Origin: Carcharhinus amblyrhynchos
Taxonomy: Eukaryota
DNA length: 64,000 nt
NCBI GenBank assembly: GCA_965287045.1
Contig: OZ336885.1
Span: 19,778,001-19,842,000 of the forward strand
Reading direction: 5' to 3'
The notes under the pieces were generated by a model that saw only the letters and a program-made list of their open reading frames with translations, was not told the DNA's origin and ran no database searches. This document shows, in pieces, positions 12,903 through 25,609 of this stretch (within the stretch, counting starts at the first letter, position 1; every line of letters begins with the position of its first letter). Made by a program: the position numbers and the translations under genes.

Positions 12903-13138
12903 ATGGGACAACATGGGAGAGAACACATGCTCCATTATTCTCAAGATGCTGCATGCAGAGTGGAGTGGAGGATGAGCAAAGTGTTTGACCTGCATGGAGC
13001 CACAAAGTCTTCCAGACAAACAATCAGATGGTGATGGGAGAAGATTTCCATGCTAGGCAGTGCCAGGAATCAGGCCCTGAAGACCTTTGGTTAGTGCTTC
13101 AGACATTCCAGTGACCTCGCACAATTGGTCACAGTCAG
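12903..13138 (+). pseudogene. PIF/Harbinger Myb/SANT-like DNA-binding protein, N-terminal part, decayed
   Basis: MGQHGRE..SQDAA..SRQTIRW*WEKISMLGSARNQALKTFG*CFRHSSDL fits the trihelix pattern W-E-x-I..RT..QC..xDL; two in-frame stops. Confidence 0.6.
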
Positions 13139-14569
13139 GGAATTAATCTTCAAGTATTGTGTCCGCCAACTGCATCACTAAATTCAAACACAACTGGATA
13201 CACTATACACCCATCACTCCGATAGCAGCAGACCTCATCAATCCGGGGCGTTAACTCAATTCGTAACTACATCACACCCTTCTAACCTTAGCACTGCAAC
13301 AAGCCTTACACTCATCTACCTCTCCAGCTTCTGCATGTTACCAGTTACTCAGATATGACAGCCATGAAATGGGATAATAGGCTGATAAACAAGGGGCAGT
13401 GGTGGATTGGCATGTACGATAGTAACAATGCTGTCTTCCTGAGGGGTATAGCAGGCTTGTGCTCCATATAGCCACTGGCACCCTTCAGAGGACGGGGCCT
13501 CGGCAGTCCTAGCGATATGTTGGAAGAATGAATTCTGGACTGTGGCACCCTGCGAGACTCTTTCCTTTCTCTAATCGACTGCCTTGACGGTAGCGACCGC
13601 AGCTTCCTGGCAGTCAGCAAACTTTGCGCGACTCCACACTACGCTTCCAATCCTGCACTCAGAGATTGGGCGGCTTCTATTTGTGCTACAGTGGAAGCTG
13701 GGAAGTCAGTATGATGGTTGGATACGCAGGCGTGTTGATAAAGTTGCCCATCACTTGGCATACTGGAAGGGATGGAATCCAAGCCCTGTACACATTTGGT
13801 GCTGTACTCCTCTGCGTGACTTGTAATTGTTTGTTGTATTTCTGACAGGCCTGCTAATGCTACACTGTACGTACCTTCTTCTGTGGATCATACCAAAGTC
13901 CTCACTTGAGTCCTCTGCAGCAGGACATGTGTGGGACCAGGCTTTCTGGCCAGCAGGCATCTGCACACCCATCTGGTGAAAAGGCACTGACACAGGCCGT
14001 TTGTTTCCAATGTCTCACAAAGACATCTCTATCCCACCTTGGGAATCGTAGTGGGCAGGGGGCAGACTATTCAAAGGGCCATTGGCCCCAGGCAGGATTT
14101 TCTGGCTTTCGGATGAATGTGGCTGGAAAATCCCGCCTATATTGTCGGTATCAATGAATGCTAAAGTGAGTAGTGACATTTTTTCATTATCCATGTCTTT
14201 TGTTCTTTACCCTGCTGCTCTTCCACCATTAGACAGCTGGCAGTCCCTTGAGTGTCTAAAAGGCACAATGATAAGATTGCAGTGAGGGAATGGGGGAAAA
14301 AGTAACTGATATACCCTTAAACCACCTGCAGCTTTTAAATCAAAAGACACAGAGAGGTGAAGGGGAAGTGGACTATGAGAAGGAAGGATTAGCAAGAAGA
14401 ATCCCATCACTTGCTAAAGTTCCAGCCCCACCAGTGACCATAGCCTCAGCCCTAGACCATAGACTGCCCTAATGAAGGTGAGTGCCACCTCCTCCATGGG
14501 CTAAGGATATGCAGTGTTCTCCTTCTCCTGCCTCAGCTCATATTGCAACAGACAGGGGAGTGAAACAGT

Positions 14570-14701
14570 GGCCGAAACTTTACTGCCCCACCCGCCATAG
14601 AAATTGGAGCGGGCGGGTGGATGGGTGGATAACAGGAAGGTCCGTTGACCTCGGGTGGGATTTTATGGTTTTGGGACGAGCAAGGCCATAAAATTCCTCC
14701 C
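14570..14701. mobile_element. Harbinger-type MITE
   Basis: Imperfect 18-bp TIRs GGCCGAAACTTTACTGCC / GGCCATAAAATTCCTCCC; 3-bp TSD AGT. Confidence 0.65.
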
Positions 14702-15689
14702 AGTGAGTATGTTGCAATGTCTCTGGGTGAAGTGGTTGACATAATTGAGTAACTGGCAATGTGCAGAAGCTGGAGAGGGAGATAGGGGTGCGAGGCTTAG
14801 AGCAGTGCTAAGGGTAGAAGGGTGTGATGCAGCTATAATAGGTAAGAGTCGCTGCTTGATGAAGGCTGGTGCTATCTGAGTGATGGGGGTGTGCTGTATT
14901 GAGTAATGTGCTATCTACATCAAGATATTGCAACCCAAAGTCTGGCCTTGTAAGCCCAGAGCTTCTTGAGGTCATCCTCCCAGGTCCTCTGATTTTAATG
15001 AAAATCAGCAGCTTTCAGTTCATCATACTACAGCCACTGGGTTAGCATTGACATGAGTCTAGGCAAAGACATGGGAAAAGCAGACGTTAGAGAAATGAAC
15101 TTCTGTTAAAAAATGTGTGTGCTACTGTGGACACCATTTTGAACCCCTAAGGACATTTGTGGCATCCACAAATTCATCCAGTTTTGGGCCATTTATCCTC
15201 TCATTTATCGTCTTATTTTAATGTTATTTCATTTACTTTCTAGAATGCATGCCTCAGAACTTTGCATGACACAATTCTGCAGATACAGTTGGGAAACTCC
15301 ATGACTATTCATGCAATCTCTTGCTGGAGGGGGAGGCATTGACTTTACATGCATCAACATGGAGGATATCATTATTGGCATCGATGACCTCATTAAACCC
15401 GTTTTTGATCTTGGGGAATAAATGCAGTGAAAAGCTTGTATAGCTTGAAACAAGCTAAACACCATCTGTATTCATTACTCCACAACTCCAAAACAGCAGA
15501 TATGCATTTTGACACTTCGAGTGGGATTTTCTGGCCACACTTGCCCCCAGGATTGGAAAACTCCGCCTTTCTGAGCCACTTTTGTGTGATAGCCAATATG
15601 ATGACCATTCATGTCAGTTCATGAGCAGTATTGGCCAGGTGGCATTGCAATAAGGTTCATTGAATAATGAAATTCTAACTCTGAACCTA

Positions 15690-15915
15690 CGCGCAGTGGT
15701 TAGCACTGCTGCTTCCCAGTGCCAGGGACCCAGGTTTGATTCCCGGCTTTGGTCACTGTCCATGTGCTTCAGTTTCCTCCCACATTCTGAAAGACATGCT
15801 GCTTAGATGCATTGATCCAAACAGGGTGCTGGACTGTGGTGACTAGGGCAATTTCACAGTAACTTCACTGCAGCGTTAATGTAAGCCTTACTTGTGTCTA
15901 ATAAACAAATTTTAC
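15690..15915 (+). mobile_element. V-SINE, tail B, internally deleted
   Basis: Head intact, V-domain shortened, tail GCGTTAATGTAAGCCTTACTTGTGTCTAATAAAC. Confidence 0.8.
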
Positions 15916-15935
15916 TTTTTAGATCACCAAGTATT

Positions 15936-16248
15936 GGGTGGCACAGTAGCACAGTGGTTAGCACTGCGGCTTCATAGCTCCAGGGTCCTGGGTTCGATTC
16001 CTGGCTCGGGTCACTGTCCATGTGGAGTTTGCACATTCTCCTTGTGTCTGCATGGGTTTCCTCCCACAGTCCAAAGATGTGTGGGTTAGGTTGATTGGCT
16101 ATGCTAAGAAATTGCCCCCTAGTGTCCAGGAATGTGTAGGTTAGAGAGATTAATGGGTATAATATGTAGGGATATGGGGGTAGGGCCTGGGTGGGATTGT
16201 GTTCAGTGCAGACTCGAAGGGCCTCTTCCTGCACTGTAGGATTCTATG
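15936..16248 (+). mobile_element. HE1 V-SINE, tail A
   Basis: Full head, V-domain, tail ..CTGCACTGTAGGATTCTATGA. Confidence 0.9.
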
Positions 16249-16307
16249 AAGTATTAATCTGCTGTGCCATCAAATCAATGTGTAATTGGTTTAGTTTGCT
16301 ATGCTTA

Positions 16308-16577
16308 GAAGTTTATTTACTAGTGTCATAAGTCAGCTTACATTAACACTGCAACGAAGTTACAGTGAAAATCCCCTAGTCACCACACTCTGGCACCTGT
16401 TCGGGTACGCTGAGGGAGAATTTAGCATAGCTAATGCACCTAACCAGCACATCTTTCGGAGGAAACCCATACAGACTTGGAAAAAATGTGCGGACACGAC
16501 ACAGACAGTGGCCCAAGTTGGTAATCAAACCTGGATCCCTGGAGCTGTGGGTCAGCAGTGCTAACCACATGCCACCT
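16308..16577 (-). mobile_element. V-SINE, tail B
   Basis: AGTTTATTTACTAGTGTCATAAG..CTTACATTAACACTGC tail; head at 16530-16577. Confidence 0.85.
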
Positions 16578-16716
16578 CACACATGAAGAAAGCCGAAAGG
16601 CTTTCCCTGTGTTATGGAGGGTGAGATAGTTTATCTCAGTAAGTTTCCTGTTTATTTTTCAGTTCAGCAAAAGCTGAATTTCAACAATAATAATATTGTG
16701 CCTCTGTACACGCTAC

Positions 16717-16800
16717 TAACAGTGGTGCAGATTATGGGCACAATTAACAGTGGTGCAGATTATATGTACAATTAACAGTGGTGCAGATTATATGCACCAT
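16717..16800. repeat. 28-bp minisatellite, 3 copies
   Basis: TAACAGTGGTGCAGATTATRKGYACMAT at 16717, 16745 and 16773. Confidence 0.9.
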
Positions 16801-16934
16801 AAACTGCAAACAGACATGCTGGAAAGGGGAAAGCCAGAGATGGGTAGTATGGAGCTACCTAAGAAATTATCTTGAAGTGTGAATCTCAGAAAGTCAGAGT
16901 AGGAAACTTGGAGGATAACTCTGAGGACTGAGCA

Positions 16935-18078
16935 AGAAAGTTTAAGGGAGATGTGTGGGGGATGTTTTGCACGCAGAGAGTGGTGGGTGCCTGGAACGCA
17001 GGCACATTAGTAACATTTAGAAGGCCTCTAGATGGTTTGCTTCAGAAGGTTAGGGGGCATGGAGTTGGGGGTAAGGTGTTAGCGTGGATGGAGGATTGGT
17101 TGTCTAATAGGAGGCAGAGAGTTGGTATCAATGGGTGCTATTCTGATTGGCGGTTGGTGACTAGTGGAGTGCCGCAGGGGTCGGTGCTGGGGCCTCAGCT
17201 ATTTACCATTTATATAGATGATCTGGAGGAGGGGGCTGAGTGTAAGGTGTCGAAATTTGCTGATGACACGAAGATAAGTAGAAAAGCAAATTGTGCGGAG
17301 GGTGTGGAATGTCTGCGGAGGGATCTAAATAGGCTGAGCGAGTGGACGAGGACCTGGCAGCTGGAGTACTGTGTGCAGTTTTGGTCGCCGCACTTGCGCA
17401 AGGATATTTTGGCCTTGGAGGGAGTGCAGAGGAGGTTCACTAGGCTGATACCAGAGATGAGGGGGTTGGACTATGAAGAGAAACTAAATAGACTGGGTCT
17501 GTACTCGTTGGAGTTTAGAAGGATGAGGGGGATCTTATAGAGACGTATAAGATAATGAAGGGGATGGATAGGGTAGAGGTAGAGAGATTCTTCCCGCTCA
17601 GAAAGGACAGCAGGACTAGAGGGCACAGCCTCAAGACAAGGGGGGGGGCAGTTTAGAACGGAGTTGAGGAGGAACTTCTCCACTCAAAGGGTGGTGAATC
17701 TCTGGAATTCTCTGCCTGTTGAAGTGGTGGAGGCTACCTCGCTAAATATATTTAAGACACGGGTAGATAGGTTTTTGGTAGGCAAGGAAATTAAGGGTTA
17801 TGGGGAGAACGCATGAAAGTGGAACTGATCCACTTCAGATCAGCCATGATCTTACTGAATGGCGGGGCAGGTTCGAGGGGCTAGATGGCCTACTCCTGCT
17901 CCTATTTCTTATGTTCTTATGCTCTTATGTTCTTATCGTTACATGAATTGGGAGGGGATAGAGGAATATGGATCAAGTCAGCGCAGAAAGGTTTTTTCTT
18001 TAGTTAGGGCATTATGATCAGCACAGGCTTGGAGAGCTGAAGGGCCTGTCCCTGTACTGTACTTTTCTTTGTTCTTTG
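16935..18078 (+). mobile_element. Older CR1 3' fragment with (TTCTTTG) tail, split by a young CR1
   Basis: GDVWGMFCTQRVVGAWN..FRRPLDG at 16945-17035 resumes as YMNWEGIEEYG at about 17940, followed by the 3' UTR. Confidence 0.8.
17036..17936 (+). mobile_element. Young CR1 LINE 3' fragment with RT motifs, internal deletion and (TTCTTATG)n tail
   Basis: SGVPQGSVLGP and KFADDTK; WTRTWQ is fused directly to LEYCVQFW; frameshifts downstream. Confidence 0.95.
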
Positions 18079-18677
18079 ACTGTAGATACTTTATTCATGT
18101 ACTCTGGAGGAAAGCTGGGCAAGTTTGCACTGTTTAAATGAAATATTACACTGGAAAGGCTGATATTCTGTAATAAATATTAAACATATCTACCATTGTG
18201 GTTTAAAATATATCTGTATATATGTATGTGAATTTGAGACAGATACATCACTGTAATGGTGATAATTTAGAATTGGCTGTTGCTCATCGGCTGAAGAGGT
18301 GATGCACGAATGCAGTTCCTCACCTGACTGCAAATTCTTTTTTTAACCTGTCTCTTGTAATTAAAATTTTCAGCAAAATATTGAAGCATTGGGATCCAGT
18401 TAGCTTTTTCCATCCACTCTTCTTTAATACAAGGAGCTGTGACTGACCCGTTTCAGAGGCTTTGTAGTTATTATTCGGTAACAAATACTGCAAAGCTACA
18501 AGACATTCTCATTCCAATTTTCTCTTTCATTCCCTTTTCCTTGTGAACAGGTATTTGATTTCAGTATCATCGGAGAAGTATGATGGAGATTGGTGTTCAG
18601 TTGTGTGATAGCTGGGGCCTGCTTGCCGCATTAGTAATGTACAGATAAACATTCAAGTAATACTGACTCGTTTTTTA

Positions 18678-19318
18678 AACATAGAAACATAGAAGATAGG
18701 AGCAGGAGGAGGCCATTTGGCCCTTTGAGCCTGCTCCACCATTCATCACGATCATGGCAGATCGTTCTACTCAATTACCTGATCGTGTTTTCTGCCAATA
18801 ATCTTTGATCCCATTCACCTCAAGTGCTATGTCTAGCCTCCTCTTGAATACGCTCAGTGTTTTGGTATCAATTACTTCCTGTGGTAATGAATTCCACAGG
18901 CTCACCATTCTTTGGGTGAAGAAATGTCTCCTCATCTCACGTCTCCCTGAATCCTCAGACTGTGACCCATGGTTCTGGACTCCCCCACCACTGGGAACAG
19001 CTTCCCTGCATCTACCCTGTCTAGTCCTGCTAGAATTTTGTAAGTCTCTATGAGATCCCCCCTCATTCATCTGAACTCCAGCGAAAACAATTCTAACCTA
19101 GTCAATCTCTTCTTGTATATCAGCCCTGCCATCCCCGGAATCAGCCTGGTAAACCTTCGCTGCACTCCCTTGAGAGCAAGAACACCCTTCCTCAGAAAAG
19201 GAGACCAAAACTGTACACAATATTCCAGGTATGGCCTCACCAAGGCCCTGTGTAATTGCAACAATATATCCCCACTCCTGTACTCCAAACCTCTCGCAAT
19301 GAAGGCCAATGTACCATA
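18678..19318 (-). mobile_element. CR1 LINE 3' fragment
   Basis: AFIARGLEYRS..LVRPYLEYCVQFWSP..FFTQRMVSLWNSLP; CATAGAAA tail. Confidence 0.93.
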
Positions 19319-19602
19319 TTAAATGTCAATATTTCTTTGCAAGGTTTGTAAATATAAAACCTGTATTTATAAAGTGCCTATTGTATCCTAGACAACTTTA
19401 AAATGATTGGTTTTGAAAGTGCAATCCCTAATGAATGGACAAGCACAGTCGTCAATATAGACACAACAAGGCCCCACAAACACCAGTTAATCTCATTCTG
19501 ATGCTGTTGGCTAAGGACAAATTGTTGGCTAGGACAACGAGTGTATTCTATCTTGAGATAATATCATGAAACCTTTTGCATCTACATATGTTCGCAGACA
19601 GG

Positions 19603-19727
19603 TTGTGGGATTTTCCAGCCGCACTCGTCCCAAGACTGGAAAATCCTGCCCGGTGTCGACAGGCCTTTGCATGGTCCTGCCCGCCTGCTACAATTTCCGT
19701 GGTGGGTGGGACGGGAAAATTTCGTCC
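19603..19727. mobile_element. Harbinger-type MITE inside DeuSINE
   Basis: TGGGATTTTCC ... GGAAAATTTCGTCC; AGG on both flanks. Confidence 0.6.
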
Positions 19728-19832
19728 AGGGTCTCAGTTTAACATCTCACCCAAACGTCGGCACCTTGGACAGTGCAGGATTCCCTTAGTAGCGCACTGA
19801 TAATTCAGCCTAGATTAGGGACGCAATGGCTT

Positions 19833-20180
19833 GGGGGAGACAGTGGCCCAGGGTACCATCGCTGGACTATTAATCCAGAAACTTGGCTAATGTTCTGGGG
19901 ATCTGGGTTTGAATCCTGCCATGGCAGATGGTGGAATTTGAGTTCTGTAAAAAAATAGCTGCAATTAAAATCATAATGACTGTGAAACCATTGTCGATTG
20001 TCATAAAAACCCACCAGGTTCACAAGTGTCTTTTAAGGAAGGAAATCTGCTGTCCTTACCTGGTCTGGCCTACATGTGACTCCGGAGCCACAGTTATGTG
20101 TTTGACACTCAACTGTCCTCAGGTAACTAGGGATGGGCTAGCCAGTGACACCTATGTTCCATGAATGAATAAAATAAAAT
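19833..20180 (+). mobile_element. tRNA-derived SINE family 2
   Basis: B box GGTTTGAATCC, GGCAGATGGTGGAATTTG core, tail ATGAATGAATAAAA; AATGGC on both flanks. Confidence 0.85.
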
Positions 20181-20413
20181 AATGGCCTTCGAGTCCTGAC
20201 GCAGAATTTGAACCCGGAGCTGAGCTGTTAGCTTGAGTAAAGGTAAAAACGTTTTTAACAATGTGCACAAAAGATATTGGCACAGAAGCCATATGATGAA
20301 CTTTACTTCAAATACTTTATGGTGGTGGTTGTAACGTAGGCAGAATGTAATTAGAGAGGGTTCACACCTACTGGGTGCAAATGAAAATATTTTTCACATT
20401 TGGATGGGGCTAG

Positions 20414-20706
20414 AAACATAGAATCCTACTATGCAGAAGGAGGCTATTTTGCCCATTAAGTCTGTACTGACCACAATCTCACCGAGGCTCTATCCTGAGA
20501 ATCCCATACATTTACTACCCCGACACTAATGAGCAATTTAAGCATGGTCGATCCACATAACCAACACATCTTTGGACTGGAGGAAACGCACACAGACAGA
20601 GGGAGAATGTGAATATTCCGCACAGACAGTGACCCAAGCTGGGAATTGAACCCCAGTCTCTGGCACTGTGAGGCAACAGTGCTAACCACTGTGCTACTGA
20701 GCTGCC
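20414..20706 (-). mobile_element. HE1 V-SINE, tail A
   Basis: Head, partially deleted V-domain, CR1-like tail. Confidence 0.85.
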
Positions 20707-21879
20707 ATGGGGCTATCTGAATTGGACCTGATGCACACAGTATATTGCAGGTCAGAGTTTGCTACGATAAATCTTTCTTTCTATTCAGCTAGCTTTTACT
20801 TGGATTTGCACATGATTTGTTACAGGTGCCAGGGATAATAACACTGTATGTGGTTCAGCCCTTGGAAATGAAGTGACAGTCTAATAGCAGTGCTAGTGGC
20901 ATGGGTATTTCATGCGGTGGACTGTAAGAAAAGCAGACTAATGACACAGTATGCATCGCATTTGATGGATTGATGTTTATGTGATTTCCCAGTGTGAGTC
21001 ACTGGGTATTCAGGCTGGATTTGACAGAATGACTACAGTACAGGACACATCAAGTGCATTCAAAAAGCTTGCTGGCAGATATCCAACATATGACCCCTGA
21101 ATAAACTAGCCCCAGCAAAGATCCATATCACAGTTTAATTATTACGATGAAAGTGATTTGAAACTTCATGTGGCGTATTCTTTATCCGTAAATCCAAACA
21201 CCAAACACATCAATACTTCTTTTGAAACCTCGTCAACCTTTAGCATGGAAACTTTTGTTGTCTGCACTATTTATGTTGAGATTTTGGTGGCGACATGTCA
21301 AAAAGAAACCTATTACAGGTACCCTGTATTCACTGATACGTCTTACTTTCCTAGTAATTTCATTTACTTCCAAAATAGCTAGTCTAGGCTTAGGCTATTA
21401 TAAAGCAAGGTGATATATGGTATCCAAAAACCCAAGCAATCTGAAACTGAAAACACCATCGGCTCCAAGGGCTTCAGATGAAGGAACCTGCAGTAGCTTA
21501 GGAGGTTGCAACAAAACTTTATGTAGCTTTGTTTGGTTGTGTCTTGTACAAGCTAAGTTCCCTAAAATTTGAACACTCTTACTGGTTGGAGAGAGATGAA
21601 ATGTGCCAGAATAAAAATGCCCTTTGTAGAATCCCTACACAGTTGCAGAATCATTCACACATGGTGAGTTAGTACTTGATGGTTGCTTTTGCTTCCATAC
21701 CAGTTCTTCTGCTGCGTGTGAAAGGGTTGGAGCTTGTATACTTCTCAGTCAGATCTTTAAAACCCACACTGCCACCATGTTACATTTTTCTATTTGATGT
21801 AAATGTGTCAATCATACAACCGGGTTTAGAAAAATAAAAATGTGAGTTCTTCATTGGGAGATAAGACTGAACACATAGA

Positions 21880-22917
21880 GGGTGGAATTCTCCCAAAACA
21901 ATTCGAAGTGCCGAATTCAGGTAAAAATTGGAGTAAATCACGCTGTTTTTTTCAGCGGGACTTTCAAACTGAGTCTCCCGCACTCAGTGCATCACAGAGT
22001 GTCCTAGCCTGAATCACGATGAAAAGCTGGACATGGGGCCTATTCCTGCTGGAGAGGTCAGCAGCGTAACACTGAGTGGGCCACTGTGCGTCCACTGATC
22101 TATCAGTGCCAAGATCAGTGCATGTGCACTAGCCGGCACTGCCAGCCTCCTAATTGCTGGTCAGTTCGATTTCCGGCCAGCCTAATGACCCTGCATCACT
22201 GGCTTCCCCATCCCCCAGTTGCTAGGCTCCTGGGTGTGTCTGGGTCAGCTCTGACACCCCTCGGCCCATCTCGATCTCCTCCCTAACCCACCCCCGATCT
22301 CCCGATTGCCCACGACGCTGCCACCCCCCCAACACCCCCATCATTGCAATCTCGACCTCCCCTATACAGAGTGGCAGTGGGATCCCACCCCACCCCATTG
22401 ATGTTCCTCCTATAAGCCCTGCCCCCTCTGGCCCCACCCCTTTGGTACTGCCAATGCCTTAGGTACTCCCTGGGCATTGCCGCTTTGCCCCTTGGGCACT
22501 GCCAAGAGGCCAGGATATCCCTGCCAGTCTGGCAATGCCCAGGAGGCACCTTCCCCCGCTTTGCCCCCAACCTCCTAGGAGTCCTCCTTGGAGCCCCTTC
22601 ACTCCAGCCAGGCCGGGCCGCTGGCTCCCCATTTTGGGCAGCAGTTGTAAACCCTGCTGGAGTGAAACACTCCCAGCGGGGTGGGGGCAGAGAGGCTCAC
22701 AGGCCTGGAAACCTCAGCCCCGGGGCGCTAATGTGATTAAGATTTAAATATTTCAATCAGTCCCATGCTGATTTCTTGCGCAGAGCTGACAATGCTGGAG
22801 TTCCAGCAGTTGGAGATGCTCGGAGGCTGTGGCGCCCAGCAGGAAGCCTGCTACACAGCCTCCATTTATGTCTCCTGGCCTGTTATGCTACTCAAACAGG
22901 CCGGGAGAATATCCCCC
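21880..22917. mobile_element. About 1-kb non-autonomous Harbinger-type element
   Basis: Termini GGGTGGAATTCTCCC ... GGGAGAATATCCCCC; internal CTGAGTGGGCCACTG block shared, inverted, with 32011-32512. Confidence 0.6.
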
Positions 22918-23067
22918 ATAATGTTAATTGGGTTACTGTGTATACCCACCTGACCTCAAATTACTGCTGTCGTCAACTAAATTCAGGGTCATGGGACTAC
23001 TTTATCACATCCTTCATGGGCAGTCGGGATTGACAAATGTATCTCTTTAAATGTACGTTTACATTAT

Positions 23068-23351
23068 ATCACAACACACATTGCTATAGGCCTGGAGTCG
23101 TATGTAGGCCAAGCCAGGTGGCGATGACAAATTTCCTTCCCTAAAGGACATTAATGAATTTAAAGGGTTTTATGACAATTAATGAGCTTCATGGTCACCA
23201 TTACAGACACCAGCTTTTAACTCCAGAACTATTAATCAATTGAACTAATTAATTAATTGAATTTAAGTTCCCCCAGTTGCTGTGGTGGAAATTTTGAGTG
23301 TGTGTATCCAGACCATCAGTTGGGGTTTTTGGATTACAAATCCAGTGACAT
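23068..23351 (-). mobile_element. SINE family 2, partial
   Basis: TGGAGTCGTATGTAGGCCAAGCCAGG..TTTCCTTCCCTAAAGGACATTA. Confidence 0.7.
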
Positions 23352-24995
23352 TTGATGTGATTTGATTTTGATTTGATTTATTATTGTCACATGTATTAAC
23401 ATATAGTGAAAAGTATTGTTTTTTGCGTGCTATATAGAAAAAACATACTGTTCACAGAGAAGAAACAAAAGGGTGCAGAATGTAGTGTTACAGTCATAGC
23501 TAGGGTGCAGAGAAAGATCAACTTAATGCAAGGTAAGTCCATTCAAATATCTGACAGCAGCAGGGAAGAAGCTCTTCTTGAGTCGATTGGTACATGACCT
23601 CAGACTTTTGTATCTTTTTCCCGAAGGAAGAAAGTGGAAGAAAGAATGTCTGCGATTGTGGGGGTCCTTGATTATGCTGACTGCTTTGCTGAGGCAGTGG
23701 GAAATGTAGATAGAGTTAATGGATGGGAGGCTGGTTTGCGTGATGGACTGGGCTACTTTCATGACCTTTTGTAGTTTCTTGTGATCTTGGGCAGAGCAGG
23801 AAGCATACCAAGCTGTGATACAATCAGAAAGAATGCTTTCTATGGTGCATCTGTCAAAGCTAGTGAGAGTCATAGGTGACATGCCAAATTTCTGAGAAAG
23901 TAGAGGCATTAGTGGACTACCTTAACTATAGTGTCGGCATGGGGAGACCAAGACCAGGTTTTGGTGATCTGGACACCTAAAAACTTGAAGCTCTCGACCC
24001 TCTCTACTTCATCTCCATGATGTAGACAGAAGCATGTTCTCCTTTACACTTTCTGAAGTCGATGACAGTCTCCTTTGTTTTGTTGATATTGAGAGACAGA
24101 TTATTGTTGCCGCACCAGTTCACCAGATTCTCTATCTCATTCCTGTACCCTGTCTCGTCATTGTTTGAGATCCAACCCACTGTGGTGGTGTCATCAGCAA
24201 ACTTGAAAATCAAATTGGAGGGGAATTTGGCCACACTGTCGTAGGTGTTTAAGGGATGTAGAGAACACAGCCTTGTGGGGCACCTGTGTTGAGGATGATC
24301 GTGGAGGAGGCGTTGTTGCCTATCCTTACTGATTGTGGTATGTGAGTTAGGAAGTTCAGGATCCATTCGCAGAGGGAGGCCCAGGCCACAGAATTTGGAC
24401 ATGAGTTTCATGGGAATAATAATGTTGAAGGCTGAGCTGTAGTCAATAATTAGGAGTCTGACATAGGTGTGCTTGTTATCTAGATGTTCCAGGGTTGAGT
24501 GCAGGGCCAGGGAAATGGCATCTGTTGTGGACCTGTTACGGTGATAGGCAAACTGTAGTGGATCCAGGTAATCCGGGAGGCTGGAATTGATTTGTGCCAT
24601 GACTAACCTTTCGAAGCACTTCATAATGATGGATGTCAGAGCCACCGACCTATAGTCATTAAGGTACACAGCTTGGTTTTCCTTAGGTACTGGAATGATG
24701 GTCATCTTCTTGAAGCAGATAGTGACCTCAGATTGTTATAAAGAAAGAGAGATTGAAGATGTCTGTGAATACCTCCTCCAGCTGATCTGCACAGGATCTG
24801 AGTGCATGTCCGGGTACCCCATCTGGGCCAGTTGCTTTCCATGTGTTGACCTTCAAGAAAGCTGCTCTAACATCTGCAATGGTGACCCCAGGTACAGGTT
24901 CATCCAGGGCTTTCAGGGTGGAGGGCATGGTCTCGCTGACCTCTTGCTCAAAACGGATATAGAATGTATTGAACTCATCAGGTAGGGATGTGTTG
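23352..24995 (-). mobile_element. Rex1/Babar LINE, 5'-truncated and frameshifted (RT plus C-terminal region)
   Basis: [67 protein letters not shown]; (AAATC)n tail. Confidence 0.93.
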
Positions 24996-25609
24996 GAGCC
25001 AGCAATTTTACATGCTTTTATTAATGCACTACTGTGTCCCTTAATCTCAGAACCGTTACAGCACAGAATTCAGCCCATTGTGTTTGCACTGGTCCTCCAA
25101 ATTATCATTTTTTTTTTGCCTGCCATGGCGGATTGGGAGTCCTGCTGGAGGCCAGCGTGAAACTGATTTACGTTCTGCCATTGAGACGTAAATGAAAGTA
25201 CAATACCACACTTGCGATTCTTTGTGATGCCACTGGGGAAAACATGCCCTGAACAATTCTGGAGCAACTTAACATGCAGAAGCTGGACAATGCCTGGAGT
25301 TGCCTCTGGAGTTTGGGATGGAGGTCGCCAGTGACCCTGGAGCCTGGAGCACCACATCATTGGGTGGGAGGAACACTATATAAGGTGGATCTTGTGGCTT
25401 CAGTGTCACCAATGAGGTCCATCTCACCCTCAGCATGTTCCTGGTGATCCACCTTTTTCATGATGACCATCTCCTTTCTTCAGCTGTGGGCCAGTGATGT
25501 TGGGTGCCTTTTCAATATATCGCAATGGATATGATAATATTTCCTCGAGACAAAAATTGGGAAGATCAACACCACCATCTTCATTCTCTGTAATAAGTCT
25601 GTTCCCTTG

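Larger units (their letters stand above)
19355..20240 (-). mobile_element. DeuSINE remnant carrying a nested MITE and a nested SINE
   Basis: Minus strand TAATCTAGGCTGA..CAGTGC..TACTAAGGGAATCCTGCACTGTCCAAGGTGCCG..TGAGATGTTAAACTGAG is Deu/SacSINE1-like; L2-type tail at 19355-19385. Confidence 0.6.

Noticed and set aside
16717-16800. 28-bp direct repeats as a CRISPR array
   Set aside because: The units are contiguous with no unique spacers, there are no cas genes, and the context is vertebrate; it is a minisatellite
16953-17540. 195-aa ORF as a rearranged RT gene
   Set aside because: It is an artefact of one CR1 nested in another plus an internal deletion
18433-18600. Strong polypyrimidine acceptor at 18550 and a possible small exon pair
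   Set aside because: The frames close within 10-20 codons, the donors are weak and the peptides are not recognised
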